From contig CAZOAP010000001.1 in the NCBI GenBank assembly GCA_964577645.1, positions 1 through 62,693 of the forward strand: a stretch of DNA of 62,693 nt, in the 5' to 3' direction. The notes under the pieces were generated by a model. That model was not told the DNA's origin and searched no databases. It saw only the letters and a program-made list of their open reading frames with translations. The DNA is from an uncultured Ignavibacteriales bacterium (GTDB lineage Bacteria; Bacteroidota; Ignavibacteria; Tepidaquicellales; OLB5). The translations under genes and the position numbers were made by a program. Positions within the stretch are counted from its first letter, which is position 1. The number at the start of each line of letters is the position of its first letter. This document shows positions 8,888 to 18,703 of this stretch, in pieces.

Positions 8888-9636
8888 AAGTAAAGCTGTT
8901 ATTATTTTTCATAATGTTTACATTCATTAACACAGTTTATTCACAGGTGAACAGCAATATCACTTACGATGCAGGAGCATCTATAGATATACAGATAAAT
9001 GCTGATGTATGTGCGGATAACATTATTATTAATGGTACGTTTTCAGGCAGCGGAACCATATGTACCGGGGCATTGCCTGTGACAATATCACTTTTTAATG
9101 CGCTATCTGTAAAAAATAATGTAAAATTATCATGGAAAACTGAGACTGAGCTAAATAATGCAGGTTTTGATATTGAAAGAAAAACTGATGAAAGTGTATG
9201 GCTGAAGATAGCATTCATTACCGGTTCCGGCACAACAAACCAGCCTGTTGAATACAGCTACGAAGATAAAAAGCTTCAGCCCGGAAAATATTTCTACAGG
9301 TTAAAACAGATAGATTATAACGGCAATTATGAATATTTCGATCTTGCATTGCCTGTAATAATAACCAAACCAAAAGAGTTTGCCCTTGGACAAAGCTACC
9401 CAAATCCTTCCAACCCCATTTGCAGCATTGATTTCCAGCTGCCTGAGAGAACAAAAGTAAACATCAGTGTTTATAATTTGCTAGGGCAGCTTGTATTAAT
9501 ATTAGTTGATAAAGAGCTTGAGGCAGGTATTTATACTGCGGAATTCAACGGTAACAATTTATCAAGCGGTAATTATGTTTACAGAATTAATGCTGGAACT
9601 TTCACTGAAGTAAAAAAGATGATCCTTATAAAATAG
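8884..9636 (+). CDS. Secreted protein with FN3-like middle domain and T9SS C-terminal sorting domain
   Basis: The ATG overlaps the upstream stop (ATGA, 4-nt overlap). It has a signal peptide. The middle domain reads VKLSWKTETELNNAGFDIERK...YFYRLKQIDYNGNYEYF. The CTD reads LGQSYPNPSNP...ISVYNLLGQLV...SGNYVYRINAG...KKMILIK. Confidence 0.85.
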   Translation: MKVKLLLFFIMFTFINTVYSQVNSNITYDAGASIDIQINADVCADNIIINGTFSGSGTICTGALPVTISLFNALSVKNNVKLSWKTETELNNAGFDIERKTDESVWLKIAFITGSGTTNQPVEYSYEDKKLQPGKYFYRLKQIDYNGNYEYFDLALPVIITKPKEFALGQSYPNPSNPICSIDFQLPERTKVNISVYNLLGQLVLILVDKELEAGIYTAEFNGNNLSSGNYVYRINAGTFTEVKKMILIK

Positions 9637-9696
9637 ATAATTCATATAAATAAATTGATGTGATCATTTAGTTGTTCTCCAATTGCATCATTATTC

Positions 9697-9727
9697 AAAA
9701 AAACTGAAGTCCCCCTTCAGTTTTTTA
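9697..9727 (+). terminator. Rho-independent terminator
   Basis: An A-run, then CTGAAG-tcccc-CTTCAG, then TTTTTT. Confidence 0.7.
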
Positions 9728-9784
9728 TATTTATATACTTATTTCCCTCTCAAATTATTGTAAATATTACATTAAATTCGCTTA

Positions 9785-11056
9785 ATGAAAAACAGAATTT
9801 CTCTGATTGCTGCAATTTCAATCGGTATTGGCGGAATGATCGGTGCAGGCATCTTCTCAATATTAGGAGTTGTAGCCGAAGCCTCAGGAGCAGGAATGTG
9901 GCTATCTTTTCTTATTGGTGGTGTTGTTGCGCTGTTCTCAACATACTCCTATGCAAAGCTTGGCGCTAAATTTCCATCTGCAGGCGGAGCTGTGGAATTC
10001 CTTGTTCAGGGCTGGGGCAAAGGTACAGTATCGGGTGGACTTAATCTTTTCATGTGGATAGGTTATGTAATTGCAATAGCGCTTTATGCCCAGGGATTTT
10101 CATCCTACGCTATGACATTCATTACCGCAAACCCTTCACCTCTTCTCATAAAAGCTGTTGCAGCTGCCGCAGTTATACTGTTTACTTTGCTGAATATGCT
10201 TGGAGCAGGTGATGTTGGAAAAGCTGAAACATTTATCGTCGCGGTAAAAGTATCAATACTTGTTTTGTTTGCAGGTGCCGGCCTCTTTTTCATTCACCCT
10301 GCAAACTTAGCACCTGTTCACTGGAATTCAACTGAATATATTTTCTTCGGTGCCGGTGTATTATTCATTGGCTACGAAGGCTTTGGCCTTATAACCAATG
10401 CAGCCGGTAATATGGATAACCCGGCCAGGTCACTTCCAAAAGCATTATACCTTGCCGTCTTTATTGTAATACTGATCTACCTGGCAGTATCCATTACTGT
10501 TACCGGTAATTTAACAACCGGCCAGATAGCAGCAGCCCGTGATTTTGCACTCGCAGAAGCTGCAAAACCATTTCTTGGTATGTTTGGTTTTAAGCTGATA
10601 GCAGTTGCAGCGCTCTTTTCCACAGCATCAGCAATTAACGCAACATTATTCGGCGGCTCTAATGTAAGTTATATGGTTGCAAAAGATGGCGAGCTTCCCG
10701 CGGTATTTGCAAGGGATGAGATCAAAGGTGCAACAGGCGGATTGCTTATAACATCACTGATGGTAATTTGCTTTATTTTATTTTTTGATCTTGCAGGTAT
10801 TGCAATGATGGGTTCAGGCGCATTCTTATTTGTTTACGCCGCTGTAAATGCGGGTCATTTAAAGATACTGAAACAAACCGGGGCAAAGGGCTGGGTAGTA
10901 GTTATATCGCTGATATTATGTTTGATAATGTTTGTAATTCTAGAGGTCTACACATTCCGAAAAGCACCTGAAGCAGTATATACTATGATTGCACTTCTCA
11001 TCGTTTCATTTATAGCTGAAGCGGTATGGCAGAAATTCAGAAAGAAAATTGAATAA
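9785..11056 (+). CDS. APC-superfamily amino acid permease
   Basis: About 12 TM helices. The N-terminal motif IGIGGMIGAGIFSILG and the overall pattern are typical of amino-acid/polyamine/organocation transporters. Confidence 0.85.
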   Translation: MKNRISLIAAISIGIGGMIGAGIFSILGVVAEASGAGMWLSFLIGGVVALFSTYSYAKLGAKFPSAGGAVEFLVQGWGKGTVSGGLNLFMWIGYVIAIALYAQGFSSYAMTFITANPSPLLIKAVAAAAVILFTLLNMLGAGDVGKAETFIVAVKVSILVLFAGAGLFFIHPANLAPVHWNSTEYIFFGAGVLFIGYEGFGLITNAAGNMDNPARSLPKALYLAVFIVILIYLAVSITVTGNLTTGQIAAARDFALAEAAKPFLGMFGFKLIAVAALFSTASAINATLFGGSNVSYMVAKDGELPAVFARDEIKGATGGLLITSLMVICFILFFDLAGIAMMGSGAFLFVYAAVNAGHLKILKQTGAKGWVVVISLILCLIMFVILEVYTFRKAPEAVYTMIALLIVSFIAEAVWQKFRKKIE

Positions 11057-11205
11057 ACTTTATTGAAGAAATTTTAAGACTTTAAACTTCCTTCACAATT
11101 TGCTATTTTGCAACAATTCACAAAAAACGGCTCATTTCAGGCAAATTTCCTTAATTTCCCGGGTCATATCATTCTAAAATTCTATATATAGTTTACTATA
11201 ATATC

Positions 11206-12186
11206 ATGTCAGCAGAAAATAAAGAAAGTATCAGTAACGAGTACACAGAATCACCTGAAACCAATCCTGTAATGGAGTCACTTGAGCGTCCAAAGGTTGC
11301 CGCTCTTGATGAAGTTCTGGGTAAACCGTTCAAAGTACTTGATGACGGCTTTATACGTGTGATTGATTACATGGGCTCTGATGAATCAATAGTTCAGGCA
11401 GCACGTGTATCATATGGCAAAGGTACAAAAAAAGTTCATGAAGACCGAGGGCTGATAAGATATTTAATGCGCCATCATCACACTACTCCATTTGAAATGT
11501 GCGAAATAAAATTCCATGTGCGTGTGCCTATGGATTGCTGGAGACAGTGGATCCGCCACCGTATGGCAAATGTGAACGAGTATTCAACACGTTACAGCGT
11601 TGCTATTGATTCAGCTCAAACAACCCCGGAAACCGAGTGGAGAATACAGGCTTCAGGCAACCGCCAGGGATCAGCAGGGTTTGCAGGTGATAATGAAGGC
11701 AAAACGCTGACAGAAAAAGAACGTTACCTGCAGTCACTTGCACGCGAAATTTACGATGAGCGCTTAAAAATGGGTATTGCCCGCGAGCAGGCAAGAAAAG
11801 ACCTGCCGCTTTCAACTTACACAGAAGCATATTGGAAAGTTGACCTTCATAATCTTCTACACTTTCTGTATTTAAGAATGGACTCTCATGCACAGTATGA
11901 AATCAGGCGTTATGCTGAAATTATGGGACATGAAATAGTTGCAAAATGGTGTCCGGCAGTATGGGAAGCATTCATGGATTACAGGGTTAACTCAAGCAGC
12001 TTAACCAGGCTTGAAATGGAAGTCTTAACCGCGCTTACCAAAGGTGATAACCAGCAGGCAATAGAGCTTGGCAAATCATTTAACTGGCTTGATAAAACAA
12101 CCGGTGAGCCCAAAAAGAACCGCGAGCGCGCTGAATTTGAAGATAAGCTCTCAGGTTTAGGTATAAAAGCCCCGTGGCAAAAATAA
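11206..12186 (+). CDS. thyX: FAD-dependent thymidylate synthase ThyX
   Basis: ThyX motif RHRMANVNEYSTRYS (RHRxxSxxxxSxR), plus RHHHTTPFEM and HNLLHFLYLR. Confidence 0.95.
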   Translation: MSAENKESISNEYTESPETNPVMESLERPKVAALDEVLGKPFKVLDDGFIRVIDYMGSDESIVQAARVSYGKGTKKVHEDRGLIRYLMRHHHTTPFEMCEIKFHVRVPMDCWRQWIRHRMANVNEYSTRYSVAIDSAQTTPETEWRIQASGNRQGSAGFAGDNEGKTLTEKERYLQSLAREIYDERLKMGIAREQARKDLPLSTYTEAYWKVDLHNLLHFLYLRMDSHAQYEIRRYAEIMGHEIVAKWCPAVWEAFMDYRVNSSSLTRLEMEVLTALTKGDNQQAIELGKSFNWLDKTTGEPKKNRERAEFEDKLSGLGIKAPWQK

Positions 12187-12195
12187 TATGAAAAT

Positions 12196-12226
12196 AAAAA
12201 GAGAGATTATTAAATCTCTCTTTTTT
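12196..12226. terminator. Bidirectional rho-independent terminator between convergent genes
   Basis: AAAAAGAGAGAT-tattaa-ATCTCTCTTTTTT, with an A-run on one side and a T-run on the other. Confidence 0.7.
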
Positions 12227-12271
12227 GTTAATATTAAATTTGATGAATTTTATAATCTTAAAATTGAAAGG

Positions 12272-13054
12272 TTACATCCCGCTGCTGATAAACTTTAAAA
12301 CAAACTCAAACGGCGCAGGCGTTACCTTCATATAACCGCGGAAAGGATTATCAAGCATTAATATCATATACAGAATGAGCGCATTCAGTACAGTAAGCGC
12401 TGAGGTCATTACAAACTGGTGGATCATGTTCTTTGCAAAGAAGAAATAGGAATAAGCTACAATAACCACTGCGCCAAAAAGAAGCACAACCCATATTATC
12501 CCCGGTATATTATTTCCGCTGTCAAATATCCTTACTCTCCTGTTCTCATTGGCATCATTAAGATGTTTAAGAGTTTCCTGGTATGCATAATCATTCTTAA
12601 TCTGTGAGCGGTCTATACTAACAAAGAAATTCCACAGCTTATTAAAGCTTTCTCTTGCCTTATCACTGTTTTCTCCGTACTGCAGCTTTTGCCATTCATC
12701 ATTTATTACATCTTCTGTGTACGCTTTTATCATCGGGGCTACCTGTGAGCTTAATGGTTCCGGCAGCGCTTTTGAATCCCTGATTATATCAGTAAGCTCA
12801 ATTGATTCCCTGTCAACATTTTTCTTGGAGTCATCATATTCTGTCCATGTTGCAAACACTACAAATGCAATTAGCACGGCATATATGATACCAAACGCGT
12901 TAAATATCATACCGCCGACTTCATGGTTCTGCCGCAAAACCTCTTCAGGAAACCGTTTGCGGACAAGCTTCAATCCTGAGTATGTGATGATAAGTGTTAC
13001 TGCACATATCATTAATATAGATAAAGCCGGATGCCAGTTTAATATAAATTCCAT
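12272..13054 (-). CDS. Membrane protein, probably DUF4239 (bestrophin-like) family
   Basis: Two N-terminal TM helices, a helical soluble middle and two C-terminal TM helices ending in LDNPFRGYMKVTP, an architecture I associate with DUF4239. The family assignment is from memory only. Confidence 0.55.
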   Translation of the reverse strand: MEFILNWHPALSILMICAVTLIITYSGLKLVRKRFPEEVLRQNHEVGGMIFNAFGIIYAVLIAFVVFATWTEYDDSKKNVDRESIELTDIIRDSKALPEPLSSQVAPMIKAYTEDVINDEWQKLQYGENSDKARESFNKLWNFFVSIDRSQIKNDYAYQETLKHLNDANENRRVRIFDSGNNIPGIIWVVLLFGAVVIVAYSYFFFAKNMIHQFVMTSALTVLNALILYMILMLDNPFRGYMKVTPAPFEFVLKFISSGM

Positions 13055-13320
13055 AGCTCAAAAATATATGTAAATTAATACTTAAACAAGTAATTATTGC
13101 AATTAAATAGACATATTGAAGTTCGTGTCTTTTTATTACAGGTTCTGCAATAACGCCGCTTAGCTATTTCACTATTTATAAAGTCTTTACCCTGCCAACT
13201 GAATTCATTCATTTTTTCTTCAATCTTTTTCAGTTAACTTACTCCTCTTCAAGAATTTTTGCAATTAATATTGATGTTTTCCGTTTGGCAGCATCAATAC
13301 TTTAGAAAAACACTTAAAAT

Positions 13321-16161
13321 TTGTCATTTTTAGATAAAATTACCATTCAGGGTGCACGGGTTCACAACCTAAAAAATATAGATCTCGAAATTCCGCGCGA
13401 TAAGTTTGTTGTAATTACAGGTATATCCGGTTCGGGTAAATCTTCTCTTGCATTCGATACAATTTACGCTGAAGGCCAAAGGCGGTTTGTTGAAACTCTT
13501 TCTTCCTATGCCAGGCAGTTTATTGGGGGAATTGAAAGACCGGATGTTGATAAGATAGAAGGACTTTCGCCTTCAATTTCAATTGAACAGAAAACTATTT
13601 CCCACAATCCGCGGTCTACGGTAGGTACTGTAACAGAAATATACGATTTCCTCAGGCTTCTGTTTGCCAAATGCGGCACACAGCACTGTACAAACTGCGG
13701 CCAGCCGGTTCAAAGGCAAAGTGTTCAGCAGATAATAGACCACATAAGAGAAAACCACGATACAAAAAGAATAAATATTCTTGCACCTGTTGTTAAAGGC
13801 AGAAAAGGCCATTACCGCGAACTTTTTGAACAGATAGAAAAAGACGGCTTTACCAAAGTAAGGGTTGATAAGCAGATAAAAGAAATTACCCCAAAGATGA
13901 AGCTTGACCGTTACAAAATTCATGATATCGAAATAGTTATCGATAGAATTATGGTAACAAAAGCTACATCGTTAAGGCTGACTGATTCCATTGAAACTGC
14001 CCTGCGTTTTGGCGGAGGAATTGTTATAGTAACTGAATCAGACAGCGATGGCTCAATGGATAAGCTTTTCAGCGAGAAGCTTGCATGCCCGACATGCGGT
14101 ATCGGTTTTGATGAACCTGCACCCAATTCATTTTCATTCAACTCACCTTACGGCTGGTGTCCTGATTGCCTTGGGCTTGGTGCACGTAAAGAGCTTGATG
14201 ACAGGCTGCTGATTACTGATCTTGATCTGTCAATCGGAGAGGGTGCCATTGCACCTTTGGGAAAGCCGCGCACTAACTGGACCTTTACAGTATTAAAGCA
14301 GCTTATTGAATCCTGGAAATATGATTTTGATACCCCGTTAAAGAAATTTTCAAAAGAGCAGCTTGATATAATAATAAATGGCGATAGCCAGAAACGTGAT
14401 TATAAGTATGTTGATTCCCGCGGAATACAACGCGAGTACTCGCATAGATTCCAGGGAGTAAAGAAGATCATCCTGGATTATTACCGTAACCAGACATCGG
14501 AGTACATATCCAACTGGGCTGAAAGCTTCATGACCTCCAAAACATGTGATACATGTAAAGGCGGCAAGCTTAAGCAATCAAGCCTTGCAGTACTGGTTGA
14601 TTCCACCGAAGGCAAAAAAAATATATACCAGGTATCGCTGCTTTCAATTAAAAAGGCACGCGGGTTCTTTGATACCCTAATACTTAACGAAAGACAGGAA
14701 ATCATTGCCAAACAGATCTTAAAAGAGATCAAAATGAGGCTTGAGTTCATGTTAAATGTCGGACTCGATTATCTCTCGCTGGATAGAAGCGCACGTACGC
14801 TTTCAGGAGGTGAGGCACAGAGAATAAAGCTTGCTACACAAATTGGCTCCCAGCTGCGTGGTGTACTGTATATACTTGATGAACCCAGTATTGGCCTGCA
14901 TCAGCGCGATAATGAACTGCTGATAAAATCCTTAAAAAATCTGCGGGATATCGGTAATACAGTTATAGTTGTAGAGCATGATAAACAGATGATGGAAGAA
15001 GCTGATTTTGTTGTAGATCTGGGTCCGGGTGCCGGTGAGCATGGAGGACATGTAGTTGCCTTTGGTAAACCGGGTTCACTCAACGGAAGCTCACTTACTT
15101 CATTATATATATCAGGTAAAAAGAGCATTGAAGTTCCTAAAAAACGCCGTATTGGCAACGGGCAAAAGCTGGTTTTAAAAGGCGCATCAGGTAATAATTT
15201 AAAGAAAGTTAACCTTGAAGTCCCTTTAGGGAAGTTTATCTGTATAACCGGTGTCAGCGGTTCAGGCAAATCATCTCTGATTAATGAAACATTATACAGA
15301 GTACTTTCAAGAAAATTCTTTAAGACACCAGAACCGCCATTGCCCTATGATACAATTGAAGGATTAAAGAATGTTAATAAAGTAATAGAAGTTGACCAGT
15401 CGCCGATAGGCAGAACACCGAGAAGCAATCCCGCTACATATACCGGTTTGTTTACCTTTATACGTGATCTTTTTGCAACACTGCCTGAAGCTAAGATCCG
15501 AGGGTATAAGGTTGGCAGGTTCAGCTTTAACGTAAAAGGCGGAAGGTGCGAAGCGTGTGAAGGCGGTGGGCAGAAGAAAATTGAAATGAATTTCCTGCCG
15601 GATGTATATGTAACTTGTGATGTTTGCAGGGGGAAAAGATATAACAGGGAAACACTTGAGGTCCGCTATAAAGGAAAGAATATTTCTGATGTACTGGAAA
15701 TGACTGTTGAAGAAGCTGTTACTTTCTTTGATGCAATTCCTTCACTTAAGCGCAAGCTGCAGACCTTATATGAAGTTGGTTTGGGATATATAAGGCTTGG
15801 CCAGTCAGCTGTAACACTCTCAGGCGGTGAAGCGCAAAGGGTTAAGCTTTCCACGGAGCTCTCGAAGATCCAGACAGGGAAAACTATTTATATCCTTGAT
15901 GAACCCACTACCGGCCTGCATTTTGAAGATATCAGTATGCTGCTTAAAGTTTTAAACCAGCTGGTTGATAAGGGTAATTCAGTGATAGTAATTGAGCATA
16001 ACCTTGATGTAATTAAAACTGCCGACTGGATAATTGATCTTGGACCCGAAGGCGGAGAAGCAGGCGGTAAAATAATTGCAGAAGGGACACCTGAAGAAAT
16101 TGTTAAAAATCATATCAAAAACTCTATTACAGCAAAATTCCTTAAGCCTGAATTGAAATAA
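13321..16161 (+). CDS. uvrA: Excinuclease ABC subunit A (UvrA), TTG start
   Basis: The N-terminus [17 protein letters not shown] and the first Walker [15 protein letters not shown] are present. There are zinc modules CxxC, a second ATPase domain [10 protein letters not shown] and two LSGGEAQR signatures. The in-frame codon two positions before the TTG is TAA (13315-13317), so no upstream ATG is possible. Confidence 0.97.
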   Translation: MSFLDKITIQGARVHNLKNIDLEIPRDKFVVITGISGSGKSSLAFDTIYAEGQRRFVETLSSYARQFIGGIERPDVDKIEGLSPSISIEQKTISHNPRSTVGTVTEIYDFLRLLFAKCGTQHCTNCGQPVQRQSVQQIIDHIRENHDTKRINILAPVVKGRKGHYRELFEQIEKDGFTKVRVDKQIKEITPKMKLDRYKIHDIEIVIDRIMVTKATSLRLTDSIETALRFGGGIVIVTESDSDGSMDKLFSEKLACPTCGIGFDEPAPNSFSFNSPYGWCPDCLGLGARKELDDRLLITDLDLSIGEGAIAPLGKPRTNWTFTVLKQLIESWKYDFDTPLKKFSKEQLDIIINGDSQKRDYKYVDSRGIQREYSHRFQGVKKIILDYYRNQTSEYISNWAESFMTSKTCDTCKGGKLKQSSLAVLVDSTEGKKNIYQVSLLSIKKARGFFDTLILNERQEIIAKQILKEIKMRLEFMLNVGLDYLSLDRSARTLSGGEAQRIKLATQIGSQLRGVLYILDEPSIGLHQRDNELLIKSLKNLRDIGNTVIVVEHDKQMMEEADFVVDLGPGAGEHGGHVVAFGKPGSLNGSSLTSLYISGKKSIEVPKKRRIGNGQKLVLKGASGNNLKKVNLEVPLGKFICITGVSGSGKSSLINETLYRVLSRKFFKTPEPPLPYDTIEGLKNVNKVIEVDQSPIGRTPRSNPATYTGLFTFIRDLFATLPEAKIRGYKVGRFSFNVKGGRCEACEGGGQKKIEMNFLPDVYVTCDVCRGKRYNRETLEVRYKGKNISDVLEMTVEEAVTFFDAIPSLKRKLQTLYEVGLGYIRLGQSAVTLSGGEAQRVKLSTELSKIQTGKTIYILDEPTTGLHFEDISMLLKVLNQLVDKGNSVIVIEHNLDVIKTADWIIDLGPEGGEAGGKIIAEGTPEEIVKNHIKNSITAKFLKPELK

Positions 16162-16222
16162 TTTTTTGAAGCTGTAATATTTATTGTTGTTAATCTAAAA
16201 TCTTTAGACTTTAAACAAAACT

Positions 16223-16597
16223 CTACACTATTCCGCCTTTTTTATAAAGATCATAACCCTGTTTTAATATGTCCTTTATCTGTATTTCCAGTTCCTTATC
16301 CAGTTTTTTTATGTGAAAGCATGACTTTCCTTTCAGGCATTTTCTCAGTTCTGCGGGTAAGTCAGTAAAGTTTTTGGGATTTGTATATATCGGAAAAAAA
16401 TAAAGTCCCACAAATCCCCCCTGGATAACCGCTGAAGCAAAATACAGCCCGTCAATTTCTTTATTGAACATTGTAACCTTTTTTTTGCAGTACAGCTCAT
16501 ACACCTTTTCGTTATCTTTTGTAACTTTCATAAATTTACTGTACTTTGAAAGTAATTTTTTAAGAGATGCTAATATTTCCTGTTTTTCAGTTATCAT
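16223..16597 (-). CDS. Small hypothetical protein (possibly DUF1801/YdhG-like)
   Basis: Clean 124-aa ORF 21 nt downstream of the GT9 gene on the same strand. The family guess is weak. Confidence 0.45.
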   Translation of the reverse strand: MITEKQEILASLKKLLSKYSKFMKVTKDNEKVYELYCKKKVTMFNKEIDGLYFASAVIQGGFVGLYFFPIYTNPKNFTDLPAELRKCLKGKSCFHIKKLDKELEIQIKDILKQGYDLYKKGGIV

Positions 16598-16618
16598 TAC
16601 TTTTTAGTTTGTTATGTT

Positions 16619-17641
16619 TTAAATTATTTCTTCGGCCATTGCAACTATTCTATCGGGGCTTAGATCAACCATACATTTAAAATGCCCTAGTGGACATTTT
16701 TCCCTGCCGTGATCAGTACATGGCCTGCATTCCAGGGAATCAATTTCCGCAATTTTATATTTTGATGTCAGCGGGTAAAATCCGAAAGATATATCAGTTG
16801 AGCCGTAAATTAATAATATAGGTATTCCGCTTGCAGCACCAATATGCTGCGCTGCTGAATCACATGTTATCAAAGCTTTAGAGCTTTTCATTACTTCATA
16901 TGACTCAAGTGGACTTGTTTTACCGCATAAATTAACTAGTGAACTATCGTTAAGAGTGTTTTCAATTTCTTTGCAGTAATCAATATCGTTTTCTCCTCCC
17001 AATAAAGCAACGTTATAGCCTTTAAACAGCAATTTCTTTGTGATTTCTACAGCCTTTTCTATTGGCAGCTGTTTGGTAAACCATTTAGAACAAGGGGCAA
17101 AACTTATAAGGTTTGATTTATTTACAAGCAGCCGTCTTACATTCTCTTTTTGTTCACTAGATGGATACAGGTCCGGTTTAAGTGCTGCTTTCTTTTCATC
17201 GTATATAAGCCCCGGGATCTGTTTAACAAGCTCCAGATTTCTCAATACTTCATGCTTATCTTTTATATACTTAATTTTATTGGTGAGTAAAAATGCCAGG
17301 GCATTTTCTTCAAATCCAATCCTTATTTTTGCCTCAGAATAATATGTTAAAAGTGCACTCCTCATATACCTGTGGGGGGAAATTACAATATCATATTCTT
17401 CTTCACGTATTTCAGAAAGCACCTCTATGAACTTATCAAGCTTATCACCGCCTTTTTTATCGTAAGGAATCACTTTATTTATTGCCGGGTGGTTTGCAAG
17501 GACACCTGCAGTTGCAGGTATGCAGAGAAAATCTATTAATACATCACGCAAATGGTTTTTTATAGTCTGTACCATCGGCAGGGCAAGTATTACATCACCC
17601 AGGTAAGCTGTTTGTATTATTAATATTTTTTTGTTTTTCAT
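16619..17641 (-). CDS. Glycosyltransferase family 9 (LPS heptosyltransferase-like)
   Basis: The N-terminus KILIIQTAYLGDVILALP and the C-terminal CDSAAQHIGAASGIPILLIYGSTD are typical of GT9. Confidence 0.85.
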   Translation of the reverse strand: MKNKKILIIQTAYLGDVILALPMVQTIKNHLRDVLIDFLCIPATAGVLANHPAINKVIPYDKKGGDKLDKFIEVLSEIREEEYDIVISPHRYMRSALLTYYSEAKIRIGFEENALAFLLTNKIKYIKDKHEVLRNLELVKQIPGLIYDEKKAALKPDLYPSSEQKENVRRLLVNKSNLISFAPCSKWFTKQLPIEKAVEITKKLLFKGYNVALLGGENDIDYCKEIENTLNDSSLVNLCGKTSPLESYEVMKSSKALITCDSAAQHIGAASGIPILLIYGSTDISFGFYPLTSKYKIAEIDSLECRPCTDHGREKCPLGHFKCMVDLSPDRIVAMAEEII

Positions 17642-17648
17642 TTAAAGC

Positions 17649-18521
17649 TCACCCTGCATTTTTAAATCTGCGGTGGAACCAAAGCCAGTGATCGGGTCTT
17701 TGTATAATATATTCTGCAAGAAGATCAGTGTGTGCCTGCGTTAAAGCTTTAACATTTTCATCCCCTGCATCATGATATTTTGAAGTATCAATTTCATGCA
17801 ATTTTAATTCATAAGTGCCGTCATCATTCCGGGTTGATACTCCAAATAACACCGCAGCCCCGGTTTTAATTGCAATTTTTGCCGTACCTTCAAATGTTGG
17901 AACATCTTTAACAAAAAAATTAACCTTAACGTTTTCTTTTGGCGCAGCCTGGTCACCCAGCATTGCCACCATTCCGTTATTTTTAAGTACAGTTAATATC
18001 TCTCTCAGCGAATTTCTCATATCTATCATTTTGTTCCCGCCTGATGATCTGATCTTTTCTATTCCCCGGTTGACCATTTTATTTGTTTGTTCTTTTACCA
18101 CAACATTTAATATGCTTCCCAATAGCTTTGCCGTACCATATGCAGTAAGCTCCCAGTTCCCAAAATGTCCGCTTATGAATATTAATCCTTTTCCGGCTTG
18201 TAGTTTTTCTCTTACCAGATCAATATTGTGAACATGCAATATACCTTCAATCTTTTCGTTTGTTAGTTTTTTCATGTAAAAAAACTCAGCTATAACCGTT
18301 AAAACATTTATATAACAGCCTTTAACGATGGCTTTGATCTCTTTATCAGATCTGCCGGGAAACGCCAGCTTTAGATTATCAATTGCTGTTTTTTTTCTTA
18401 TTGGTATGATATAATAAAAGAACTTTCCTTTGATCCTGGCTGCAAACTGGACCAGCTTTAAAGGAAAAAGCGGGATAGTTAAATTAAGAATGATAAATAA
18501 AACGTAAACCAAAAAGTCCAT
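17649..18521 (-). CDS. Lysophospholipid / lipid A late acyltransferase (LpxL/HtrB family)
   Basis: HX4D-type motif GHFGNWE, an N-terminal membrane anchor and a length of ~290 aa. It lies 7 nt upstream of the GT9 gene. Confidence 0.85.
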   Translation of the reverse strand: MDFLVYVLFIILNLTIPLFPLKLVQFAARIKGKFFYYIIPIRKKTAIDNLKLAFPGRSDKEIKAIVKGCYINVLTVIAEFFYMKKLTNEKIEGILHVHNIDLVREKLQAGKGLIFISGHFGNWELTAYGTAKLLGSILNVVVKEQTNKMVNRGIEKIRSSGGNKMIDMRNSLREILTVLKNNGMVAMLGDQAAPKENVKVNFFVKDVPTFEGTAKIAIKTGAAVLFGVSTRNDDGTYELKLHEIDTSKYHDAGDENVKALTQAHTDLLAEYIIQRPDHWLWFHRRFKNAG

Positions 18522-18674
18522 TAAGTACTAAATTACTTCACTGAAATGCTTAATTCATGTTAACAAAACTAACCATAAATCATACATATAGCAATTAAAT
18601 ATACTTTTCCATTTTATTATACTTAACCATCTCCGGTATCAGTAAAATGACTATAATAAGCATTTGTGAATTTG

Positions 18675-18682
18675 TATATTTG
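18675..18682 (+). promoter_or_regulatory. Candidate -7 promoter box TATATTTG
   Basis: Exact TAnnTTTG match 21 nt upstream of the ATG at 18704. Confidence 0.35.
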
Positions 18683-18703
18683 TAACTTATACCATAAAAA
18701 ATC

